Shown piece after piece: positions 13,178 to 25,100 of a stretch of 64,000 nt of DNA. A program made the translations under genes and the position numbers. The notes under the pieces are model-generated. The model saw only the letters and a program-made list of their open reading frames with translations. It made no database searches and had not been told where the DNA came from. This stretch comes from Callorhinchus milii (Eukaryota): contig NW_024704743.1 of NCBI RefSeq assembly GCF_018977255.1, positions 1,178,001 to 1,242,000 on the forward strand. Direction: 5' to 3'. Each line of letters opens with the position of its first letter. Within the stretch, counting starts at the first letter, position 1.

Positions 13178-16100
13178 GTAACCCGCGCTCCCGGGACCGT
13201 ACCGTCTCCCGGGGATAGATAATCAGTAATAATCCCTAACAATGATAGTTATTAATCCCGGCCTTTGACGCAGCGCCTCGTCACGTCTTCGAGAGACGTC
13301 TCGAAGCGCTTCACGGGGACTTCACTCCGTCCGTAAAGTCAATCCCCCCCCACCACCGCCCCCCACCGCCCGCACACACACACACACACACACAGCCGCG
13401 CAGTGAAGTGAATTATTATTGTTCTGTTTTATTTCAGGTTTATTATTATTATTATTATTATTATTAATCCCCCTCCCCCCGGAAAAGCGATCTGCCAATC
13501 GACTAACAACCGGGAGCAAGGAACCTTGCCCGAGGTTTCGCCCTGACCCGCCCGGGAATCGAACCCCAGGACCTCTCTCTCGCTTGCGAGGCGAGGGCTC
13601 TAACCCCTGAGCTACAGGGGCTCCACGACGTATGGGATTGTAGGGAAGCCAACGTCTTCTCTCCTGCCGGTCCGAACTCCTCAGCCTCCCACCGACCCAA
13701 GGCTTGAGGACCCCAGGGGTGCGCGGTGGGGGTAACCCGCTGGAGTCTAGCCACGCTGCCCCCCCCGCTCTCTGGAACTCCATCGCAACGTCTGTCTGAC
13801 TGGCCCTCTCCCTCCACAATCTCGAGGCCCGCCTTGCCTCTTTGACGGCACTTTCGTTCATCTTTCCAGCCCTCCCACCCTCTTCAGATCCTTTGCAGAC
13901 GACTGCGTTAAAGTGCTTTGAGACATCAACCCGACATGAAAAGTGCTCTATAAATCCGAATTATATCGTATTGCCTCCGGGAGTATTGATGAATTACCTG
14001 TTGGAAAGAAATGCTGAATTGTACAATTGCATTAATATCCCGAACTTCTGTTTGAATTACACTGGGTCTCGGTGAGCAATTTCACACAGCTTTGTCTTCT
14101 TGAAGTTAATTTGTTGTCTCCCAGAGGGCACGGAGCAATATAGAGTCTACGATACAGTCTGGGGAGGGAAGAAAACTAAATGGCCTTTCATCATTTCCTG
14201 CTTTATGCCTTCCGAGTAGTAAACTTCTGGCACAGGCTCCCTATGGAGCAGAAGTAGATGGGAAAGTGTTGTTTGTTTCAAGAACACATGAGATCGATTT
14301 TCTGCCAGAAAATAATATCTCGGGATATATTGTTTGGGACAGGTCATGTCAAGCGACTGACAGGATGGTGGAAGCCGAACTAGATGGACCTTGGTCTTCT
14401 TTGGCCTTGTTATTCAGATTGTTAAACCTGGGCAAATTTGGGGTGAAATTTGGGACCCCGCTGTGCGCAATCGGCCGCCGCGTTTCGCCCACAAAATGTA
14501 CAGTCAATTCTCTTTACAGTGTACCTTGTGAAGCGCTTTGAGACGTCTCGAAGACGTGATCAGGCGCTGTATCAAATGCCAGGATTGTTGTTATTATTAA
14601 GTTGTAATGTTTTTGATGTCCAGAAGATGCTGCTCATGTTTACTGTTTAAAGCACTTTGCTTTCCTATCTCTCCTGCTTGGGCTTCTGTTGCCGAACTCA
14701 CAATTATGAGCCTCACAGTATTCATTTTACTGAGAAATCTAGATAAAATATGATATTCACAGAAGATGCAAAGGTTGAACATAAAATATAAAATCCTTTG
14801 CATTTAATATAGCACCTTCTCACGTCATTGAAATGTCTCAAAACACTTCACAGACTATACTGTAAAGTGGATTGACTATATTTTGTGGGTTACATGCGGC
14901 AGCCAATTGCGCACAGCAGCGTCCCACAGACAGTCGTGGATTGAGTGACCAAATTGTCATTATTTTTTTTTGAAGGGGTTATTATTACCCGTGGAAAAGA
15001 TGCCAATCGACTAACAAGCGGGTTCCTGCTGACTGCTCGGTAAACAGAGGCGTGTGTGTGGAGTAAGGAAACTTGCCCAATGTTTTGCCCTGCCCGGGAA
15101 TCAAACCCGGGTCCTCTCGCTTCTGAGGCGAGCGCTCTAACCCCTGAGCTACAGGATTCCCTGTAGCTTAATTCCTCAGGGTAGGAATGAAGCAGAGATG
15201 ATGAAATGATGGGAATCCTGTGCCTTGCCCTTGTTTAGGATCTCGCAAAACGAGAATGAGGAGCTGCGGGGACAGGTGAGGGAACTGCTGGACGAGAACG
15301 GGAGACTCTACAAACTGCTGAACGAGAGGGACTTCGAAATCAAGCACCTGAAAAAGAAACGGGAAGAGGAGAGACTTGCTCTCGCAGGTAAGAGGTCACT
15401 AGGACAACAGCCACAACAACTTGCATTGTTTTAGCGCCCCTCACCCAGGGTAGGAGCCCAGAGCACTTGACAGTGGATGAACACGACTCCGGGCCTGGGG
15501 GCAGGTGACCATAGAGGAAGGTCTTCAAGCACAAACTGAAGATCAGGAAGGATGGGGCCAAGGCGGAGGGATTGAGGGAGAGTGTTCCAGAGCTTCGGGG
15601 CGTAGTGGCTGAAAGTGCAGCCACCAATAACCAATGACGGAGGTGCGTTGGGGGAGAAAGCTGGTCGGAGAGGTAGGGAGGTGCCAGGGAACGAAGGGAT
15701 TTGAAGACGAGTGAGAGGATCTTAAAATCGATCTGTTCGGTGATGGGGAGCCAGTGGAGTCTGGCGAGGGCTGGGGTGATGGAGATACAGAGTTCACCCC
15801 TGGGCAGGGTGTGTGTGGAGGTTGGCGAAAGCCATCTGGAAAACAATTTGCCTACAATCCAACTTTGGCAACTCAATTAATACACCTCAACAACTCATAC
15901 CTTCTCAAACGCCCCAGATAAACTCTCCGAGACACTGACCTGCGTGAAGGGCGCTATATAAAGGCAGATGGTTGTCTTGGTAGATACCCTTCCTACGAAT
16001 ACATAACCAGAAATCCACACGGCACTGCAGATGGAATCTGATTGCTGCCTTATACAGCAAAAGTATTACATCTTTTAGCCTTTACTCTGTTCCACTGCTG

Positions 16101-19100
16101 TTGTATCCCAATGATTGCTTTGCCCTTTGCCCAAGTACTGTATTGGCCTCTGACGGTTCTGTAGATTTATCAATAATAACGTATTATTGTGTCCGTTCTT
16201 CTTAGCACCCACTCCCTCCCCTTCATTTCCAATTCTCTTACGCTCAACGGGATGAATGCCGTTAAACTCCGGCTAAATTCCTACCGACAATGAGTCAATC
16301 ATTTAGGATCCTTTTGCGATGCGGGCAAACAACTCGCTGTCCTTCCTTCCCGGAGTGCTCTGTGTACCAGCAGTGGCTCTCCCCTTCACTATCTGCCGAT
16401 CAGCTATTTTTTGCCGACTTCTCTCCTGCTGCAGCTGTCAGGTTAGGCAAGGGATGGGGCTCCCCACCTATCCCAGCTTCTTCATCTCCTTCTTCCTCCT
16501 CCTGCTGGCTCGCTTCCGCTGACACTTAAATGGATTAATATCGTTCAGTTTCTGGAAGAGAAGCTGTGAATAAAAAAAAAAGTTTACCAGCTGTCGGGAC
16601 TCAACAGGGCAGTCTTATTATCTCTGTATTTCAACAAAGTGTTGCACTGGGGCTGAGATACTCTTACTTCATAGAACTTTACACCACAGAAGGAGGCAAT
16701 TCGGCCCATCGTATATCTGCCGGCACTTGGAAAGAGCTATCGAATGAGGCCCCCTCCCCTCATAGCCCTGCAATCTTTTTCCTTTTTAAGTATATATTCA
16801 ATTCCCTTTTGAAAGTTATTATTGGAAGATATTCCAGTTTCTTCATCTCCCTCCTCCTCCCACTGCTTGCTCGCTTCTGCTGATACTGGATGGATTAATG
16901 TCGTTCACTTTCTGGGAAGAGTTTGGGGGAGAGAGAGAGAGAGAGAGAGAGGGTGTGGGGGAGCAATGAAGATGTCACCACTGTCATCAAAGGAGAGCTT
17001 TGGCGTAAACGATAATAATAATAATCCTTGCATTTGATACAGCGCCTCATCACGTCTCTGAGAATATACTGTAAAAGTGAATTTGTGGGCGAAACGCGGC
17101 AGCCAATTGCGCACAGCAATTGAATAGCTCAATTGGGGAGCAAAATGTACGGTTTGAGGTACAACAACAACTTGCATTTATATAGCGCCTCTCACGCAGG
17201 AAAGCATCTCAGTGCTGACTGATCAGTAATCTCAGTGTGTGATTATGGCACAGGGACAGCAGGCATAGCTGGTGACGTGGCTGCAACCAAAATAGTGGAA
17301 CTGTCTAAGAGGAACCGTGAACTGGTGGTGGAGACTGAGAGCAACAAAACCAAAGTGAAGCAGCTCAACAGCAAAGTGCGGGAGCTCGAGAAGGAGGTTC
17401 GTGCAGCATAGTCCTCTTTACAACCCGCCCAACGAGACAGTGTGTACAGTTCCAATGATCAATCAGTCATTCGTCTCTCAGAGCTATTGCTCTGTGTGTG
17501 TGCGTGTGTATGTGAGTGAGTGAGTGAGAGCAATGAAGATTGTCACCATTGCCATCCAAGGACACCTTTGGCTTAATTGGCTTAATTGGGGAGCAGACAC
17601 CAGTGCAGACACAATGGGAGCTCAGCTGATGCTTTAAATAATAATAATAATAGTAATCGCATTTGATATAGCGCTTTTCACGTCGAGAGGACTTCCCAAA
17701 GCGCTTCACAGAACACACTGTAAAGTGAATTGACTGTATATTTGTGGGCGAACGCGGCAGCCAATTGCGCACAGCAATGTCCCACAAACAGTCGTAGATT
17801 GAAAATGACCAATTTATTATTGTTTTTGGTTTTGGAGGGATTATTATTAGGCTCTGTGTGGAGTAAGGAAACTTGCCCAAGGTTTCGCCCTCTGCCTGGA
17901 ATTGAACTCAGGTCTCTCGCTGTCAGGTCACTGGGTTTTTCATTTCGAGGTGTCATGTCCTGTCTGATCCAGGAAGCGCACTCGGTCCATTGATGGCTGA
18001 AATTCATTCACTCGGCTCTTTGTGTTTCTGTGGCGGATGAAATGATTGCAGTGTCTGGGAACGGGTTGAGAGAGGGACACCATTCTGGCCTTGTTGGAGA
18101 GATAACAAGGATCTGCTGTGAACATGGACCACCTGCTCAACTTGGTCTTTTAGTCACTGTGGTCCTGACCTCTGGAGCTCCTTCCCTGTATCTCTCCACC
18201 TCACGCCCTTTGTAACTCACCATAAAACCTAAATTTTCTTTCTCCCTTACTCAGTATCCAACACCCACACGCCAAAGCACTGCCGAGCCATTAAGGAAGG
18301 AGGTCGGCAATGCTTCTTGCACACAGGATGCATGTGTCCGCTCAGCGGACTTTAGCCTGCTCCTCGTTCCCCCGCCCTGACCGCCCCACCATCGGCGGTC
18401 GGGCCTTCAGCCTTTCTGCTCCCAATCTTTAGAACTCCGACTCACAGTCCCTTTGCCTCGCTCCCACCTTTCCTCCTTCAAGGAACCTTCTCAAGACCCT
18501 CCTCTTCAACCGCACCCTCCGACTTCTGCCCTCCACCCCTCCTGATCCCAACCCCCAGCTCAGGTGCAAATCCTTGACTGTCCAGTGCGTTGGGACGTCC
18601 TCTCGTTTACAAATGTAATTTGTTGTTGCTATTGTACTATTGCACTGACAGAGAAAATAATTTGATGCTGAAATGGGGAGACAGCAGGATAGACATTCTG
18701 GAAGGTTATGGTCAAATGGATATGGTCTTGTTTTGTTGTGATTGAAACCCCCAAATCTTCCAGACCTTTGTCCAACGCTAAACTGGCAGAGCCTGAGATA
18801 TCACGTGGGTTGAGGTGAGATCCCAATGGTTTAATGATCCCAATCGTCTCATTGATTCCTTTGATGTTTGTCCCAGTCAAATTATTGTAGCATTGTTGTT
18901 GGTTTTTTTACAGCTCCAGATTGCTCTAACAAACAGTCAGTCACACGGTTCTACAGAAGCAATGCCACGAGTCACCAAAGATCTCTCTCCCAAGACAAAG
19001 GATGGATTACTGGTCAGTTTAAATAGCAACTAAGACGTTATACCCTCTACCTTTTCCTGTCCTGTTTACATTGTTCATCTTAAATACAGAGTCACTACAA

Positions 19101-22100
19101 TTCACAATAAAACTTTGCAGATCACTTTATTAATAATAATAATAATCCTTGCATTTGAAATAGCCTCTTATCAAATCGCCCTTCACAGACTGTACTGTAA
19201 AGTGGATTGACTGTGTATTTTGTGGGTGTAACTTCCAGGCAATCTAACCTGCACAGCAGGGTCTCACAGACAGTCGTGGATTGAGTGACCAATTTATTAT
19301 TATTATTTTTTTAAGGAATTATTACCCCCCGGTAAAGTGATCCACCAATCGACTAACAACTGGACCCTACTTACTGCTGGGTAAACAGGCACGTGGAGTA
19401 ACTTGCCCAACATTTCACTCTGCCGGAACCGAACCCGGGACTCTCGCTTGCGAGGCGAGTGCTCTAACCACTGGTCTACAGAAGGCTACAGGACTCCACC
19501 TCAGCTTTCCCCATCCCATTATGTGTTTATATTGTTCACAGTTTCTACAATTCACAGTAGAAATCTTGTGAATTGCTTTATGGTGTTTCCATGGCATGAG
19601 AAGGAGCTAAAAAAATTGCAGGGATTATTATTTTTATTATTATATCTCATTTGCCATCATCTGTTGCCACTTTTCTGCACTGACCACAATTAAAATGTCA
19701 CACAGCTCCTCCCTCACTTACCTTTGCTACAACCATGGTCGGAGTTGAAGGTAACTCAGGAATTCTACAATGTTTTTTTATATATATATAACAGTTGTAT
19801 TTTTCCGTTCGGGTGCAGTTATAGTTCAACAGTCTGCCTTGTTTTTGGAGACTCTCTGACCAGAAGTTGATCAATATGAAATTCTGCTGATTGCCCTCAA
19901 CAGTCTGACAACCCCGAGGTCAAAGCCCTTCAGGAAAAGCTTTGTGCGACCAACCTCAAACTGGTCGAATCCCGCAACCAGATCCAGAGTGTCAAACAAG
20001 AGCTGAAAATGGCACATAAGGTATGGGAGCCACACACCCACATACACACACACACACACACTCACACCCCCCCCCCACACACACACACCCACTCACAAAC
20101 ACCCATTCACACACACCCACACACACCCACATACATACACGTACACCCACACACACACACCCACTCACACACACACACACTCCACCCATTTAATTTGAAT
20201 TGGTTCTGTTTGGCAGCTCCCCCAGCCCCCCACGCCAACCCTGACACACACCCACATACAATTGATAAATTACTATCCTCGAACCTTACAGTACTGAGAC
20301 TGTAAGTCGTTTGGTGCATTAGTCAGGCTCAATTGGTGGCTCACTCTTGCCTCGGAGTCAGAAGGTTGTGGTTTCAAGCCCCCAGTTTAGCCTGACATGG
20401 GCTGCGGGGGGTGGGTGGTGCTGCGTTCTCGGAGGTGCCGTCCTTCAGATGAGATGTCAAACCGTCTGCCTGTTTAGGTGGACATTTGTTCTAGTTCTCC
20501 CTCATCCTCTCCGCTCCACCATCGGTGGCCGTGCCTTCAGCCACTACGCTCTGGAACTCTCTCCCTCAACCCCTCCTCATTGTCCCCTCCCTCCCGCCTA
20601 AAGACCTCTTTTGATTGCCCCCTCCCTTGGCTTCACCACTGTGAAGCGCTCTTGGACGCTACCCTGTGTGAAGGCCATTGTATTGTTGTTGACGTTAAGG
20701 ATCCTGCAGGGCTATATGAAAAGAGACGGGAGTTTCTCTCGGTGTCCTGGCCAACAATTCCTCGATAACTTCGCTCATTCACTTCACGGCTGTTTGTAAT
20801 TACACACAGCAGTTTCCCCGTTGGCTGCCATATTCGCCCCAGAAATCACACAGTCGATGCGTTTCACAGTACACGTGGAGTCCTGTAGCTCTGGTTAGAG
20901 CACTCGCCTCGCAAGCGCGAGGCCTGGCAGGGCGAAATGTTGGGCAAGTTTCCGGCAGGGAGAGCGGGGGCGGGTGGGGGGGGGGGAAAAAGAGAGAGAC
21001 AAGGGGGTTATACCGGCCCATCCTTTATTTCACACCGAGTAGCTGTTACTTTGGGAGGTGAAGGGCACTGTAATTAAAAGTCACGGCAACCACATCTGCT
21101 CGCTCAGAGTGGTTCATCCTTAGTACTACAGATGGCGATGCGCTGCCTGGCAGGTCTCCATACCTGCTCTCACTTCAGGTTGGTTTTTCTTGAGCAATGT
21201 GTGTGTTCTTTCCTCTCCCCCCATTCCCCCCCCTTTCCCCTCCCAACAGACTGAGCTGACTCCAGCTTCCTGTCGCTGTTTTACCCAGAGCTAGAACTTG
21301 AACTTGTAGGAGAGTTGTGTTAATTTATCATGAAAGTGCCACTGCCGTATCCTGTCAAAGAATCCCCGAGGTCTGTGTCCTCTTTAAGATAATGGTAAAA
21401 TCCCCCAACGAGGCTGTTTGGGGATCCAGAGTCTGCACCAGTTCCTGGGTTTTAATTCATATCCGTGGGATTAATCACAAATCAAACGTGAAAGCCAAAG
21501 CACGACTGGACAGTCGCGGTCAGCATCACAGGCAGATTTACCCAAAGCAGGTAAAACGTCAGAGCAGAATTATAATAATAATAATCCTTCTATTTAATAC
21601 AGCACCTTATCATCGAGACATCTCAAAGCGCTTTAAATAATATATTGTAAAGTGGATTGACTGTATGTTTTGTGGGCGAAACGCGGCAGCCGATTGCGCA
21701 CAGCGACGTCCCCCACAAACAGCCGTGGATCGATGTCTTCACTCAAAGTAATCCTCGGTCACTTGGGGCGTTTAACAAATTGAAGGTCACGATTGAAAAT
21801 GATCCTGGAAGGGAGATTTTTTCTGAGGCAAATAATCCATCTTATTTTACTGCAATCGGGCGCAGTGAACGAGCTTTTGAGGATAAATACCTGTTTGTGC
21901 TTGTGTAGGTGCTGACTAACGAGGTGGGAGACGAAATCAACCTCCAGCACTTGCTGAGCAACGGAGGGCACTGGCGAGGCCGAGCCGAGCAGATTCAGGT
22001 TTTGCAGAAGAAGGTGAAGGAAGTACTTTGTTCCGCCCCATCTGGTGGCTTTGCTCTGTTTTTGGACCCGTGCGCTCACTGGATGTAGCGTAAAGTGGAG

Positions 22101-25100
22101 TGACTGTGCGTTTTGTGGGCAAAACGCGGCAGCCAATTTGTTGAAGGTTAAAAAGCCTGTCGGGGCAGAACAAAGTATTTGAAGCTGAACTAACTTGAGT
22201 GTATTTAAATAGGTCAGAGAGTTAGAAAACCAACTGCGTCAAAATATCCAGAAGGGCCAGTCCTCGGAGCAGAGCACTGAGGAGGCAACGGTTTCCTGGC
22301 ACTTAACGGGACAAGACAAAAACGTAGCACATATTAGGGCGATGGAGAAAGAAAGGAAAGGAGCCCTGGAGGTAAGTGATGAGTTACGGTCCCTCCCTCC
22401 ATCCCTCCCGAAAATCTCTTCAGGTTTACCAGGTGACTAGTGCACCACGTCCTGATGACTGACCGGCTGACTGACCTGCAGCGAGTTTTGCAAGAGCTTT
22501 AAATGTCAACACGTTTCGCTCTTTATTTTAGAAATAGCGTTAAAATATACTGCAAAATACATTTCAGGTCTCTGAAGGCACTTTGACTCATTTCTCTTCT
22601 GCTCAAAATACCGATCCCCCTCACTCGAGTGACTACTATAATAATCCTGGCATTTGATGCAGCGCCTCATCACGTCTTCGAGACGTCTCAAAGGGCTTCA
22701 CAGAATACACTATAAAGTGAAATGACTGTATATATTGCAGCCAATTGTGCACAGCAGCGTCCCCACAAACAGTCGTGGATTGAGTGACCAAATTATTATT
22801 TTATTTTCTTGAAGGAATTATTACCCCCGGAAAAGCGATCCACCAATCGAATAACAACCGGGTTCCTACTGACCGCTGGTAAACAGAGTCATGTGTGTGT
22901 GTGTGGAGTGAGGAGACTTGCCCAATATCTCGCTCTGACCTGCCCGGGAATCGAACCCGGGTCCTCTCGCTCGCGAGGCGAGGGCTCTAACCACTGAGCT
23001 CCAGGAGTATTATATTGCTCAGTGTGTCAGTGGCGAGTCCTGTCAATGTAAAACGTTGCCCTTGTTTGTGGGTTTTTGTTCAGAAAATGACCAGCGACCA
23101 CGGGGTGCTGCAGAAGGATCACGAGGAACTCAAGCAAAGGTTGGACGGGTCGAAAGCCAGGAACAAAGTCTTAGCTGTTGAAGTGAAAACTCTGAAGAGT
23201 CAAATAGCGACTCTCCTGGAGAAGGGGAAGCACGATGATGAGCTTGTTGGTGTGCTGCTGGTAAGAGATCTCGTGCAGGGGTGGGGAGCGCCTAAATAAG
23301 TCAGCGTTTCACCCCCCACCGCTGTGCAGAAACCGCCCCTCTCTCCGGGTGCTCGACAATTTATATAGCGCCCCTCGTGCAGGATAGCGTCTCAGAGCGC
23401 CTGACAGTGGCAGAGCATCAGCCGGGGGTGGGGTGGGGGGGAGAGAGGTGACCGTAAGCACGGTCGAAGAGAGTCAGGGTGTCGTGGCTGAAAGCACGGC
23501 CACCGACGGTGGGATGGAGGGGTCGAGGGACAAGCAGGAGGCTGGAGCCAGCAGAGCAGAGACAGCAGCAGGTGGTGGCGTGGGGGATAAGCAGGTCAGA
23601 GAGGTGGGGAGGCGCCAGGGCAGGAGGGGATTTGTAGGCGAGCGTGAACCTATTGAGCTCCCATTTAAACATCCGCCTGGATTCTATTCTGCCTCTAAAG
23701 CCTCCTGAGGCAGTGCGTCCATCTCGCACTCTCGCACCCAAAGTGTTGCGTTCTTTCACAGAAACAGCAGAGGCAACTGCACGAGGTTCTGGATCACTTG
23801 AGTCAGCAGGAGATGAAGAGCAAGGTGACCGAGCAGAGCCTCAGCCAGCAGCTCAACAGCGAGGCCCAGACGCACAGCTCCCTGATTGTCCAACTCCGGC
23901 AGATGGTGAGCGAGCGGGAAGCCAAAGTGAAGGAGCTCGAGGAGGAAGTCAAACAACTGGTACAGAAGGTAAGTGATAGTCGCAGAGTCTGCGTGGCTCA
24001 GCTGCTGTTCATCTCACACACACAACCTTGCAATAGCACAGGGATAATAATAATAATACTCTTTGCATTTGATGCAACGCCTTTGTCACGTCTTCAAGAC
24101 GTCTCAAAGCGCTTCACAGAATATACTGTAAAGTAAGTGACTATTTTTTGGGTGAAACGTGGCAGCCGATTGCGCACAGCAGCGTCCCACAGACAGTCGT
24201 GGATTGAGTGACCAAATTATCATTATTGTTATTTTTCGGAGGAATTATTGTCCCAGGAAAAGCGATCCGCCAATTGACTAACAACAAGAACAACAAAATT
24301 ACATTTGTGTAGTGCCTTTCACGTCGGGAGGACGTCCCAAGGCGCTGAAGCATGTTCCTACTGACTGCTGGTAAACAGGTGTGTGTGTGTAGTGTGTGGA
24401 GTGAGGAAACTTGCCCAACGTTTCGCCCTGACCTGCCCGGGAATCGAACCCGGGTCCTCTCGCTTGCGAGGCGAGGGCTCTAACCACTGAGATACCGAAC
24501 TCCAAATACTTTGAAAAGCAATTATTGTCTTTATGCAACCAACCATCTGGCTACGTCAATGGATAATTTGCCCACATGACTTTCACGCCACAGTGCATCC
24601 TTTTTAAATGCGTATGCGATGACCGAGCAAGTGTGGATCTGATCAAGCTTCTGTTGTATGATTCCCAGGAGCAGCAGCAAAAGATGCCAACTTCAGAGGC
24701 TCAGTATCCATCCAACCTGACTCACGTGGACAGCTTTGGTGAACATTCACTCCACCGTACTTCGACAGTAGAGGACGAGACAGCGGGGAGTTTACTTTCT
24801 GCTCGGTGAGCAACAGATGAGAATTTAGGAGAACAATAATAACAATAATCCTCGCATTTGATTTAGCGCCTTCTCATGTCTTTGAGGCGTCTCAAAGCGC
24901 TTTACGGTATATTGTAGAGAGAACTGACTCTATATTTTGTGGGTGAAACACGGGAGCCAATTGTACACAGCAGCGTCCCACTCGTGGATTGAGTGACTAA
25001 TTTACTATTATTTTATTTTGAAGAAATTATTACCCCCGGAAAAGCGATCCGCCAATCAACTATCAACCAGGTTCCTACTTACCGCTGGTAAACAGAGGCG

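Noticed and set aside
15340..15876. 178-aa minus-strand ORF
   Set aside because: Frameshifted L2 ORF2 C-terminal remnant, not a host gene
24420..24495. tRNA-Ala(CGC)-like sequence, also at ~4819, ~22940, ~25396 and ~30948
   Set aside because: Attached to SINE body and tail with a poor acceptor stem; these are SINE heads, not tRNA genes
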